From Octopus vulgaris (Eukaryota): a DNA stretch of 64,000 nt. Location: contig OX597814.1 of the NCBI GenBank assembly GCA_951406725.2, positions 153,202,001-153,266,000 of the forward strand, in the 5' to 3' direction. Below the pieces are notes generated by a model. It worked only from the letters and a program-made list of their open reading frames with translations, had not been told where the DNA came from and did not search any database. Positions within the stretch are counted from its first letter, which is position 1, and the number at the start of each line of letters is the position of its first letter. The translations under genes were made by a program, and so were the position numbers. Shown here in pieces: positions 13,889 through 23,987 of this stretch.

Positions 13889-14275
13889 TATTGAGGCGAG
13901 GAAGACCATAATTCATCACCAGGGAAAATTTTGGACAAGATAGGACACACCAGATTGCTTTGATATACGAATGGGCACGCAAGATTCAGCCGAAGTCACA
14001 AACTTAGTCGGAATTTATTTACTACACCTGCTCCATAAAGAACTCCCAGAATTTGAAGGTGGTCACTATAGGGACGATGCTCTGTTTGTAGTTTGAAATG
14101 CCTCCAACCGTAAAATCGAAATATATCATAAGAGATTACATAAATTTTTCAAAAGTCATGGACTTACCATCACCATTGAGCAGGATCACACTTCTGTGAA
14201 CTTCTTGGATGCACATTTTAACCTCTTTACCTCAGCTTACCGACCATACCATAAACCTAATAGCAATATTACTTA
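13889..14275 (+). mobile_element. Penelope-like element reverse transcriptase fragment (inactive)
   Basis: Translates FDIRMGTQDSAEVTNLVGIYLL...GGHYRDDALF...VNFLDAHFNL...YRPYHKPNSNITY, the PLE RT pattern; two in-frame stops; cut off at CTAG 14276. Confidence 0.8.
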
Positions 14276-14827
14276 CTAGCAGATACATAAAAGTATGGGA
14301 TACATAAAAGATGTGCATTATAATGAGCATTATAAAAGGTGAGCAGATACCTGGCGTTGTCCTTGTTACATGCAATCGAAGAATTAGACTTTTCTGTTAT
14401 ATTTTCTGTAATGAACTGGAATACCTATGTTTCGAATTTCATCAAAATTGCAGATGAGGGTTATTTCCCTCTTTACATACCCTAAAAAAATTGTAATCGT
14501 GCCGCATGTATCCCATTCTACTGATTTTTATGCGCATATTCAAAAATTCCAGTCTTATAGAACCTGTTGAAAAGATTTTGCTCCTGAAAAATGGAGGTCA
14601 GACACACACAGACAGACAGACACACATGTAATACTGAAATAGTGGAGAAGATATGATATTGCCGTGGGCTCACACTAGGCAAGAAGTTAAAAACTTTGGG
14701 GGCCTATGACATTACATGGACCATAAGTAAGGCATGTGTAAAATTTGAATGAAATTGGTTGTGTAGTTCTCAAGTTTTAGGGATTCGCACAGACAGACAC
14801 ACATTCTCATCTTTATATATATATAGA
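14276..14827 (-). mobile_element. Non-autonomous Helitron-like element A (possibly composite)
   Basis: Minus strand starts TCTATATATATATAAAGATGAGAATGTGTGTCTGTCTGT and ends CTAG followed by T; decayed GC hairpin (cctggcgttgtcc) near the 3' end. Confidence 0.65.
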
Positions 14828-15332
14828 CTAGTTTAAGGTGACCCGCTCTATGTGCAGGTGAGGGTGCGGTTGTTACTTTCTGTTGCTTCCTTTCTGTTTC
14901 TTATTGCCACATTCTCCATCTTTGTTTCTCTCTCCTTTCTCTCTCACTTTCCACTCTCTTACTCTTCCTTTCTCTCAGTCTCTCCCTAGCTTTCTCTTAC
15001 TCTTTCTCTTTCTCTTTCTATCTCTCTCCCATTTATAAAAAATTAGATTTCCAAGCTTAAATGACAAATCCGCTTCCACTTTACCATGTTGAAAATTTGA
15101 TTGAAATCGGGCAAAAGGTGTCCAATCTAGACCCCCAAGTGTCCCCAAAAATTAATAAAATCCCCATTTTCACACCAAAGCAGCCACTGTAGCATCCCAA
15201 AACATCTCCCAATCAATTTCTCACCTCAAGTTACCCACTCCTGTAAATTTTAATCCCCTTCCAGCCCCCTTTTGATCCCTTTTTACATAAAAATCCAATT
15301 TGTATCAACGTTCGCCTTCTTCATTTTATAGA
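14828..15332 (-). mobile_element. Non-autonomous Helitron-like element B
   Basis: Minus strand 5' TCTATAAAATG, 3' CTAG with subterminal hairpin remnant acccgctctatgtgcaggt; internal CT-rich tract. Confidence 0.6.
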
Positions 15333-15600
15333 TTAGATGGCCAGATATACCTGCCCTTGCTAGGGATTAAAATAGTATGTTATTGTTTTACTTGTTTTGG
15401 TATTATAACCCGATTTCATTCGGGTCTACACGGGTCACATTTTAAAAGATGAGGAATTTTGCCCTAGAGGCCTTGCCTTTCAATTGAGCAAACTCAAAGT
15501 TGCCATGCAAACTCGCTAGCACTTTTAACATAGGTGTGCATATTTTCAGCTCAATCCGACCACATATGCACACATTATATATCTATATCTATATATATAT
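15333..15600 (-). mobile_element. Non-autonomous Helitron-like element C
   Basis: 3' end CTAA (CTRR) with hairpin remnant cctgcccttgctaggg; 5' end blurred in (TA)n. Confidence 0.45.
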
Positions 15601-15700
15601 ATCAATAATAAAGGGTGAAATTAATTAATTCAGAAATAATCATTAATTTCACCAAGTAGAGTTCGGCATGTAAAAGCCCCATTCAAGGAAGGTTTAAGTA

Positions 15701-16184
15701 ATACTAAGTAATTAAGGGTTTAGCAACGATTTGCCTCACCACACACCGAATTTAGAAATAGCAGTCAAAAAGTTTTGGCTATTCTTTCTACTTAAAAAGG
15801 AGATCCCAGTAAAACCAAAGCACTTAAAAAGCAAACGATGCAGGCAAAAGAGAAAGAAATGACAAAAATCATTCTATATTAAGTCACCTACGGACGGACG
15901 TTTCGGAATTAAGTCATTGCAGAGCATAAAAATTAAATAATTATGTCTTACCTGACTATTTTCCTCCTCAGCGTAGGACTCTTCAATTATAAATAATTGC
16001 GTCTCAATTATTAATAATTGTGTATTAAATTTGAAGGTACTAGAAGACATCACCTCAACTCATGGTATCAGAGCGAGCGTAAGCCACTTTTAAGTAGAAA
16101 GAATAGCCAAAACTTTTTGACTGCTATTTCTAAATTCGGTGAGTGGTGAGGCAAATCGTTGCTAAACCCTTAATTACTTAGTAT
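15701..16184. repeat. 97-bp inverted repeat (arms 15701-15797 and 16088-16184, 1 mismatch), 290-bp spacer; probably a Penelope-like terminal repeat structure
   Basis: Arms compared base by base; spacer contains a hammerhead motif. Confidence 0.9.
15882..15980 (-). ncRNA. Type I hammerhead ribozyme motif with intact core
   Basis: Minus strand: CCTACG-CTGAGGA-GGAA...TTCC-GAAAC-GTCC-GTC-CGTAGG. Stem I 6 bp, stem II GGAA/TTCC plus AGTCA/TGACT, 2-bp stem III, GUC cleavage triplet at 15895-15893. Confidence 0.75.
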
Positions 16185-16300
16185 ATATATATATATATAT
16201 ATGACGGGAAGCTTTATGAAAATAGACAAAAGACGAAGGCAGGTGGAAAACAAACAAACAATTGTATTAGTATGGCGCTCAGGAAATATAAATAAAACAA

Positions 16301-16340
16301 GTCTTTAACGTTTCGAGCCTATGCTCTTCAACAGAAAGAT
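16301..16340 (-). ncRNA. Minimal (dimer-type) hammerhead-like motif with variant core
   Basis: Minus strand: TCTTT-CTGTTGA-A-GAGC-ATAG-GCTC-GAAAC-GTT-AAAGA; loopless palindromic ACGT helix III; A6 replaced by U. Confidence 0.5.
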
Positions 16341-16409
16341 ACACAGAGAGAAAAAAACACAGAAAGAAGGAGAGAAAAAAAATGCGTGCAGTAACTAACG
16401 AATCAACAG

Positions 16410-16454
<45 letters not shown>

Positions 16455-16837
16455 CATATGCATTAAATATGTACATATATACGCATTATATATACATGTC
16501 TACACACATATATAAACATATATATGCTGGCACAGGTTGGAAAGTTTGTCACAGTTCAAGTTCTTACTCAAAGTTACTGTACTTCTGAACAGATCAGAGG
16601 GCCACATCTCACTTGTACATTTGTGCATTCCAATGTTTGGCTGGATGTCTTTTTTAAAACCAACAACTTTATACAAAATGTACTGTATGCATTTTTATTG
16701 CAGTATCAGCTAAACAATCTTCTCTACATTATATTGTATCCATTCATCAATAACTCTACAGAATGAACTGGGTGTATTTTATCAGGCATATTGGTATATT
16801 AACAAAATAAGTTTAAGAAAAACTACTTAATTTATAT

Positions 16838-17250
16838 AATAATAATAATAATAATAATAATGAAATTATTGTATACAGTGCTCAGGTGCACCACAACTTG
16901 TCAGAAAGTGCGTATAAAGCATATGCAGTAATGTACAAATGTCTGGAAAGTGAACAATGTATGAGTCAGATACATACTTGTGTGTATGGAGGGAAGAAAA
17001 TCAGGTGTAGTGTTGGAAAATCTCAGAAAGCATGGAAGTTTTGAAGGATGCAGTGCTCCGACAACTAACAACTGATGCCGGCAGTTTGTTCCATGCTTCA
17101 GCAACTCTCAGCATGAAAAAATGTTTCCTAAAGTCGTGGGAGCTGTGCTGTTTTCTGACTTTGTAAATATGTCCATGGGTGTTAGACGGGTGGAGTTTGA
17201 AAAGGTGCTCAGAGTTATTGTTTGTAAGATGGTTAATAATTTTATGGGTG
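16838..17250 (-). mobile_element. CR1-clade LINE 3' fragment with (ATT)n tail
   Basis: Minus strand translates HGHIYKVRKQHSSHDFRKHFFMLRVAEAWNKLPASVVSC...FK, the CR1 ORF2 C-terminal pattern. Confidence 0.8.
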
Positions 17251-17521
17251 TACTGAAATCATAATAGTTCTTACCAGCCCTGAAACAAATTAAATGAAAA
17301 CCAAAGAAGGTGCCTCCACGTGGTTGCTTGCCCTGCTATAAGAAGCTCACAAATCTCACTTAAATCACAACTTACTATCTTAAGCAATAAGTACTGGAAT
17401 GGTCAAGGCTGAAATACTTTTGATCATAAGTTTGCATAGTCAGAGTTGTCCTGGGGCTAAAGAACAACAGTAGATCAAATGCTTCGTCATGTCTAGTTAA
17501 GAGTTCAAATCCAACTCAGGT

Positions 17522-18070
17522 TCATCATCATCATCATCGTTTAATGACCGTTTTCCAAGCTGGCATGGGTTGGACAGTTCAACTGGGGACTGGCAAGCCA
17601 GGAGGCCTCACCAAGCTCCGATCTGATCTGACAATGTTTCTACAGCTGGATGCCCTTCCTAATGCCAACCACTCCAAGAGTGTAGTGGGTGCTTTTTAAT
17701 TCAGACAATGCTTTTTATGTGCTACCAGCACAGGAGCCAATCGGGGCAGTGGAGCTGGCATCGACCAAGTTGGGATGGTGCTTTTTATGTGCCACCAGCA
17801 TGGGGAGCCAGTCAGGCGGCACTGACAATGACCCATGCATGAATGGTGCTTACTGCATGCCACCAGCACAAGAGCCAGTCAGGCAGCACTGGCATCAGCC
17901 ACAACTACAATTTCCATTTGATTGTGATTTGATTTTTTATCTTGATTTTGATTTTACTTAACTTCATAGGTTTCCTCAAGCACTGTGTGACTATTCAAAA
18001 ATACTTCTTAAATAGGCTGGTTATGTGACACTGGTATAGGCTATGGCTGTGATCTCACTTTACTTGCTGG
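17522..18070 (-). mobile_element. RTE LINE 3' UTR fragment
   Basis: Reverse complement of the 1880-2290 type UTR; begins with (cat)n. Confidence 0.85.
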
Positions 18071-18414
18071 GTGTTATTTTACTAAAATAAGTACACTTTT
18101 CAATCTCCAAACATTTTTCAAAGTAAACAATATATTCTTCATATAGTAAGAATCTATGAAATAAATGGCTTATTTTCTTTATAAATTATGAAAATACTTA
18201 AGTTCTGTGCAACTTCTCTACATACAGAAAACTAAAATATGGCCTATCACAAAGAGCATTAATCCTTCACAAAATTAAGATAAAACCTCATTCAAAAATC
18301 ATTCAAATGATAAAAAATAAATAGAAAATATGATTGGTATTTAGCACTAAGTCTATCCTAGCTATGATCATGTTATAAAGCAGTAGATTTGCAATAGTAT
18401 TTTATAAGATAGTA

Positions 18415-18905
18415 CACTTGCGTCGGAAATTAATTAGCACTTCTCAAATTTCTACATTTTCTTACATTTTCTTAATTTAATTAACTTATTATCAGAAACG
18501 AACTCGTTTTTAATCAAAAATTTATTAAAACATATCCCAGCACACCACATAATTGTTATTAATCGTGAAATTTAGTCAATATCTTGTTGCACCTCCTTTG
18601 GCAGCAATGACAGCTGCTACGCGGGTCGGCATGTTGTCTATGAGTGCCTGCAGGTACTGTGCAGGGATGGCCCCTCATGCAGCAAGAAGTGCCCCAAACA
18701 GCTCGTGTCGGTTCCTGTATTGCTGCACATTCAAATCCCTACTCAATCGTACTATCTCAACGTACTTTGCTGCGTTGATGTTGCCTTCGACGGCATAGAG
18801 CCGCCCAACACCACTGTAGCTGAACGCCCCTCACACCATCAGACCACTTCCACCATACTTCATGGTGAGCAAATCAAGGGTGCTAATTAATTTCTGACAG
18901 TAGTG
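18415..18905 (-). mobile_element. Internally deleted Tc1-family DNA transposon
   Basis: Imperfect TIRs CACT..GTC(G/A)GAAATTAATTAGCAC with TA on both sides; transposase remnants GAFSYSGVGRLYAVEGNINAAKYVEI and NMPTRVAAVIAAKGGATRY*. Confidence 0.9.
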
Positions 18906-19180
18906 TAGGTTGATTAAATCCTGTCAAAGTCAACCTTTTAGAGTCAATAAAATATAATTATAGAAGAAGACAATCTTTCACTAACTGTTTCCCACTATTT
19001 ATATAATAAAGGTGAGCTTCATTTTCAGTCTGTCTTTTCTATAAAAACTTCTATAGTTTGCGCTTAATGGAATGAACTGAATGTATATTTGTGATTCGAA
19101 TTTAAAATATGAAGGAATGTAACTAAATACAGCATGAATTTTAGTGGGGAACTCTCCCCCATTTCTGCTTTGATGAACAC

Positions 19181-19226
<46 letters not shown>

Positions 19227-19255
19227 TAATAATAATAATAATCATCATCATCATC
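19181..19255. repeat. (TAA)n/(TCA)n microsatellite
   Basis: Seen directly. Confidence 0.95.
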
Positions 19256-19264
19256 AGTCTGAAA

Positions 19265-20500
19265 CGAGCCACATTCAAGAAGGCTGCCAAGTAACAATGG
19301 TCAACTCTATCCAAAGCTTTTCAAATTACTCTCTTGATGTACTGAATGAGGAAGTTGTTCTGGATTGGTCTGCTGGGAATCACACACATTTGCACTTCCT
19401 CGACTAAACTACCTATGATAAGCACCAACATCTTTGCTCATAGGTTAACCAAAATCTTAAACTCTGCACTGGTTAGAATTATAGGTCTGTAATTATTTAC
19501 AAAATCTCCCTTGTTAGCATTCTTACTCACCAATGCTACCAATCCCCTGTTCAGAGAACTGGGAATTATCCTGTTCTGCTGATAGTTATGATAGATGTCT
19601 CCCAAGAGGTTACCAAACAAATCTAGCTTATAACCTTAAAGTTTGTAAGGCAGACCATCCAAACCAGATGATTTTTGCCTTTGCACAGTTGCTCACCACC
19701 TCCTGTATTTCAGATTTTGCTCTTATTGACCTTTTGCAGCACCTCACATTTGCTAAGAAAGAAGTCACTAAAATTCACTAACATCTATGGCCTGTTGCTC
19801 ACTCCAAGCAGTCAAGCAAAGTGCTACTGGAAGGCTGCAAACATCTGCTTGGAATCAAATTGTATACTTCGGTATCATTCTCTCAAAGACCAAATTGAAG
19901 TTTTAGTCTCATGTAATGACTCTGATATCTGAACCAGTCAAACAACTTTTACTAGTTCCCTTTTGTTTTAGTACATGATCTTTGGTTTGAGGTTGCATTA
20001 AAGAAATGGCTGATGGCCCTTCTTCCTCAGTTGTGATACTTTTTAATTGCCTCTTCTAGCTGGTTAATTTGTTCCCCTTCTACTCTATTTTCCCCTCTTA
20101 CTAGCTCTTTACTAAATACTAATTATTCAGATCTAATTGCTCTCTTCAGGCAGTCCCATCACTGGTTGTTGATGGTTTCCCATAAAATTTCACTTGACTA
20201 GTCGACTAATCTGGTCCTTATAGTCTTCACATTCTGGGAAAAGACGTGTTTAGCTTCCAGTAACTGAGTTTCTTAGCTAAGTTGACTGAGCAGATCACTA
20301 ACTTGTGGTCTGTATGGCCAACCACTTTAAACTCTGGACATCCTCACTATCCACTAACCTAATTCTATCTTGGTATAATCTGATAGCTCACTGAGGTTGT
20401 TCAATGTCCCTACCTACACATTCAGGAAATCCAGTTGATATTTTTCTGACGTTTGGACATGTCTGAAAAGGTTTCCAAGAGTTTATTCTTCCTTGTTCTA
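19265..20500 (-). mobile_element. Degenerate L1/Tx1-like LINE ORF2 fragment (endonuclease end to RT start)
   Basis: TDHK and YWKLN endonuclease-end motifs; NNYRPIILTSAEFKIL RT-start motif. Confidence 0.7.
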
Positions 20501-21097
20501 AGGCTTACACTCACACAATCTCCTTATTTTCATTTTGGGGTTTTTTGTATCTGTTGTTGCTGCTGCTGTTTGTGGTGTTTTTATTGTTATATATGTGTTT
20601 TCCTTTTGTAGTTGTTGGTATTGTTGCAGGTTTGGTTGTAGTTGTTACTAGTTTTGTTGTTCTTGATGTTGTTTTGACACTTGTATGTATGTTATTTTGA
20701 CAGTTGTGTGTGTGTGTGTGGTTTTGCGCAGTTATTTTTCTTTTATTAACCTCTTTATTGAGCATGGAGAGTGGGGAGTTATGGGTTTTATATTATTTTA
20801 ATATTTTTTGGTGTTTTGGGTAATAATTTGCCTCTCTTTGGCTTCTTCCTTTATCTATTTGTCATTTGAGGAAAAATCAGTCAGGAAAAGTGAAAGCTGT
20901 TTGGTCCTTGTGTGTATTTGTCATTTGGACTCTTGTTTTTCTGTTGTTTTGTTTCTGCTGTTGTTGTTGATGTTAATCATCATCATTAGTTTACATCCAC
21001 TTTTTTATGGTGGTATGGGTTAGATAGGTTTTTTTTTTAGATAGTATTTTACAGCTAGATGCTCTTCCAGTTGCCAATCCACTAAGTTACTTCTTGT

Positions 21098-21361
21098 GGA
21101 AGCACGTGGCGTAGTGGTTAGGGTGTCAGCATCATGATCGTAAGAGTGTGGTTTTGATTCCTGGACCGGGCGACGTGTTGTGTTCTTGAGCAAAACACTT
21201 CATTTCACGTTGCTCCAATCCACTCAGCTGGCAAAAATGAGTAACGCTGCGATGGACTGTCGTCCCATCCAGCTAGGGAACACATATGCCATAGAAATCG
21301 GGAAACCGGGCCCATGAGCCTGGCTAGGCTTTAAAAGGGCGTATTTATTTATTTATTTATT
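21098..21361 (+). mobile_element. tRNA-derived SINE
   Basis: A box TGGCGTAGTGG, B-box-like GGTTTTGATTCC, core GTGTTCTTGAGCAAAACACT shared with 49973, (TATT)n tail. Confidence 0.85.
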
Positions 21362-21914
21362 CTTAAGTTGCTTCAACCAAGTTGCACTCAAACAGTTGTA
21401 AGTTAATGACTGCAGAAAAGACATGTGTAGGGATGGAATTCCAGAGAGCTGAAGTTTCTCAGAAGAAAGGGTGGAACCTGGAGTATTGAAGAGAAGAAGA
21501 GAGACAAGAGTGTCTGAGTGAAGGTGACATGAGACCAGCCATTGTAGTAGTAGTGATAGAAAGGGCAGAACACATGTGGGCCAGCAGATGGAGCATATTT
21601 GTAAATGACTTTATGACAATCAGTTGACTGAACTACAGTCATGCAAGAGTTCACAATACTTCAAGAAGTAGTTGGGGTTGTGATCTTATATATATATATA
21701 TAATTATCAACTAAGAAAGCTACTATAATGTAAGACTCACCATTCTTTGTCTTTATTCTCATTACCAATGTATCCTTATGTCTTTCGCTCTTCTTACTTC
21801 TACATATGACTCTACATTCTGATAGTGTCTACCACTACAACTGGTAAACAGAAATGGTCGTAAATGTACTATTACTACCATTTTTCTTTATTAATTAATT
21901 AAATTAATGGCTTA

Positions 21915-23735
21915 CTAGCAATTTTGTTATAACTGCCACAAAAGGTGTATTTTCCATCACAAAAACGTTCAAAAACTGTCAGCTGGAGGAAGGAGAGATT
22001 GTTGGAGGTTGGCAAGAGAGGTTTTCGGAGGTTGGTGAAAAAGATTGTCGGAGGTTGGTGAAAGAGGTTACCAGAGGCTGGCAACAGAAGTCATCAGAAG
22101 TTGTCTAGAGAGGTTGTCAAGGGATGTTTTTAAAGGTTGGCGAGTTAGTTATTTGGAGGTGTTGAAAAAAATGTGTATTAATGCAATGTGTAAATTAATT
22201 ACAGCAATATGTATATAACTGTTTAGTTATTGAATTAGAATAGACGTTCATCAAAATGTTGTATGAACTGTAAATAAGCAATAAATATTATGATTTGCAA
22301 AATAAGTATAACTGATACAGGGTGTCGCAAGTCAGTGTGGTGTGGAAGTTTGGTTTCATTTTTTAAGAATTTTAAGCATTCAAAATATGAGTTCATTATA
22401 CTGTGACAAACTTATGAAATACGTTGTGGAATGAAAAATGTATGTACTGTCATTGTAAAATTTGGACTTGAAAAATGCAGAATTATGGGCATACATAGTG
22501 TAATGAAATTTAATTGAAAACTAATCCTGCATGCATTGGCAGAATTTATTTGGAGATGTTGGAAAAATGTCTATTAATGCAATGTGTAAATTAATTACAA
22601 CAATATGTATATAACTGTTTAGATATTGAATTAGAATAGATGAAGAATAATTGTTTTATTTTGTAAATATGAAACATAATGAATCAGAGACTTACTTGAG
22701 ATCACCATTGTTGCATTAGAGCAGGTTGTGAAGTAGAAGCACCCAGTCGTACTCTAACTCATCGTGGCATTTTAAAGGTGAACTTTATGAAGGCTAATTT
22801 ATTAAAGGTAATATATGAATGTAGTATACATGTATAGAAATATATGAATGAAGTGTTAGAAGAAAATGCAATAATAATGTTCACACTCATTGGTGGTTGC
22901 TGTCAGTAACTGCTTTTAGCTTGTGGAGTTCTTGCTATCATAACTATCGAAAAGCAGCCAGAAGAATAGACATATTGTTGAGAATAAATGATTTCATTGG
23001 AGGTCTGTTATCTCCATTCCAACCCCTGGTGGCCTAGAAGAGGTTAGAAGGATCAAGTGGCAAAGACATTATTCTGCTTAGCGGAGGCATCTGGGAAATG
23101 TATAACTGCTGTTGTTCATAGAAGAACTATTGTTTTACTGTGAGAAAAGCGCTGTTGAAGTGTTAAGTGAAATTTGGCAATCGAGGATCGAATCCATGCT
23201 ATGCCTGCATGAAGCCACTACAAATATGTTGTGGAAAAAAAATTTATTTACTGTCATGGAGAAAGTGTAACTGTAAAAATGCAGACTTATCAGAGTAATG
23301 GGCATTCAAAAAAATATGTATGTATAGAAATGTATGAATGAAGAAATTCAAATTAAGGAAGTGCAATAATAATGTTTAGCAGTTCAAAACTGTGAGTAGT
23401 GAAATGCAGAATTAGGTTGGCTGATCATTGGTTCAAAGTAATCGAACATAAACAATGAAAAGTGTTATTTCCCTTGAGTGTTTAAAAAGAATAGTGTAGG
23501 GGTATGAGTTATTTCCCTTGGGTATCTAAAAAAATTAGTTATATAAGGTATATATAAAGGTCCCTTCCAGGGACTGTATTATTGAATTTTTCAACAATCT
23601 AAGTAAGTCACGAGGTTTCCAGACATGAGTTCTACCTATGTGTCAAGTTTCATTAAAATCAATAAAACAATGTAGGAGGAGTTAGCTAACAACGTCACAA
23701 ACAAACACACACTGATTTTCCACATATGTAGTAGA
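21915..23735 (-). mobile_element. Putative Helitron-like element with internal ~21-bp minisatellite (21985-22165) and a ~95-bp direct duplication (about 22150 and 22548)
   Basis: Minus-strand 5' end A|TCTACTACATATGTGGAAAATCAGTGTGTGTTTG resembles element A; candidate CTAG end at 21915 lacks a clear hairpin, so the left boundary is uncertain. Confidence 0.45.
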
Positions 23736-23736
23736 T

Positions 23737-23987
23737 TGTTATGTTTTAATACAGAATTATCATATTACTCAAATCTCACTTAAATAATGGAGCAATATAT
23801 ACTCAAAAATACACGCTGATTAAAGCGGAACCTAAAAATCCACATGCAAAACAAAGCAGTATGCAAATTAGAAGAACTATTATTTGCACAAATTAACAAA
23901 ATACAAATACATTTATTAAAGGAGGTAAAGTCACCAAACTCAGTTCAATACCAAGTCAGAACAGAACTGAATTAGAAAAATATAACA
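23737..23987 (-). repeat. 3' LTR of a Ty3/Gypsy element (251 bp)
   Basis: TGTTAT...ATAACA termini; polypurine tract GGGGAGG immediately 5' on the minus strand (23988-23994); minus-strand AATAAA near 23912. Confidence 0.8.

Noticed and set aside
16063-16074. TGGTATCAGAGC after CA, resembling a tRNA-iMet primer-binding site
   Set aside because: This is the plant-type PBS; no LTR pair or gag/pol follows; likely chance
21098-21170. tRNA gene
   Set aside because: A and B boxes present but no intact cloverleaf; continues into a SINE body and tail
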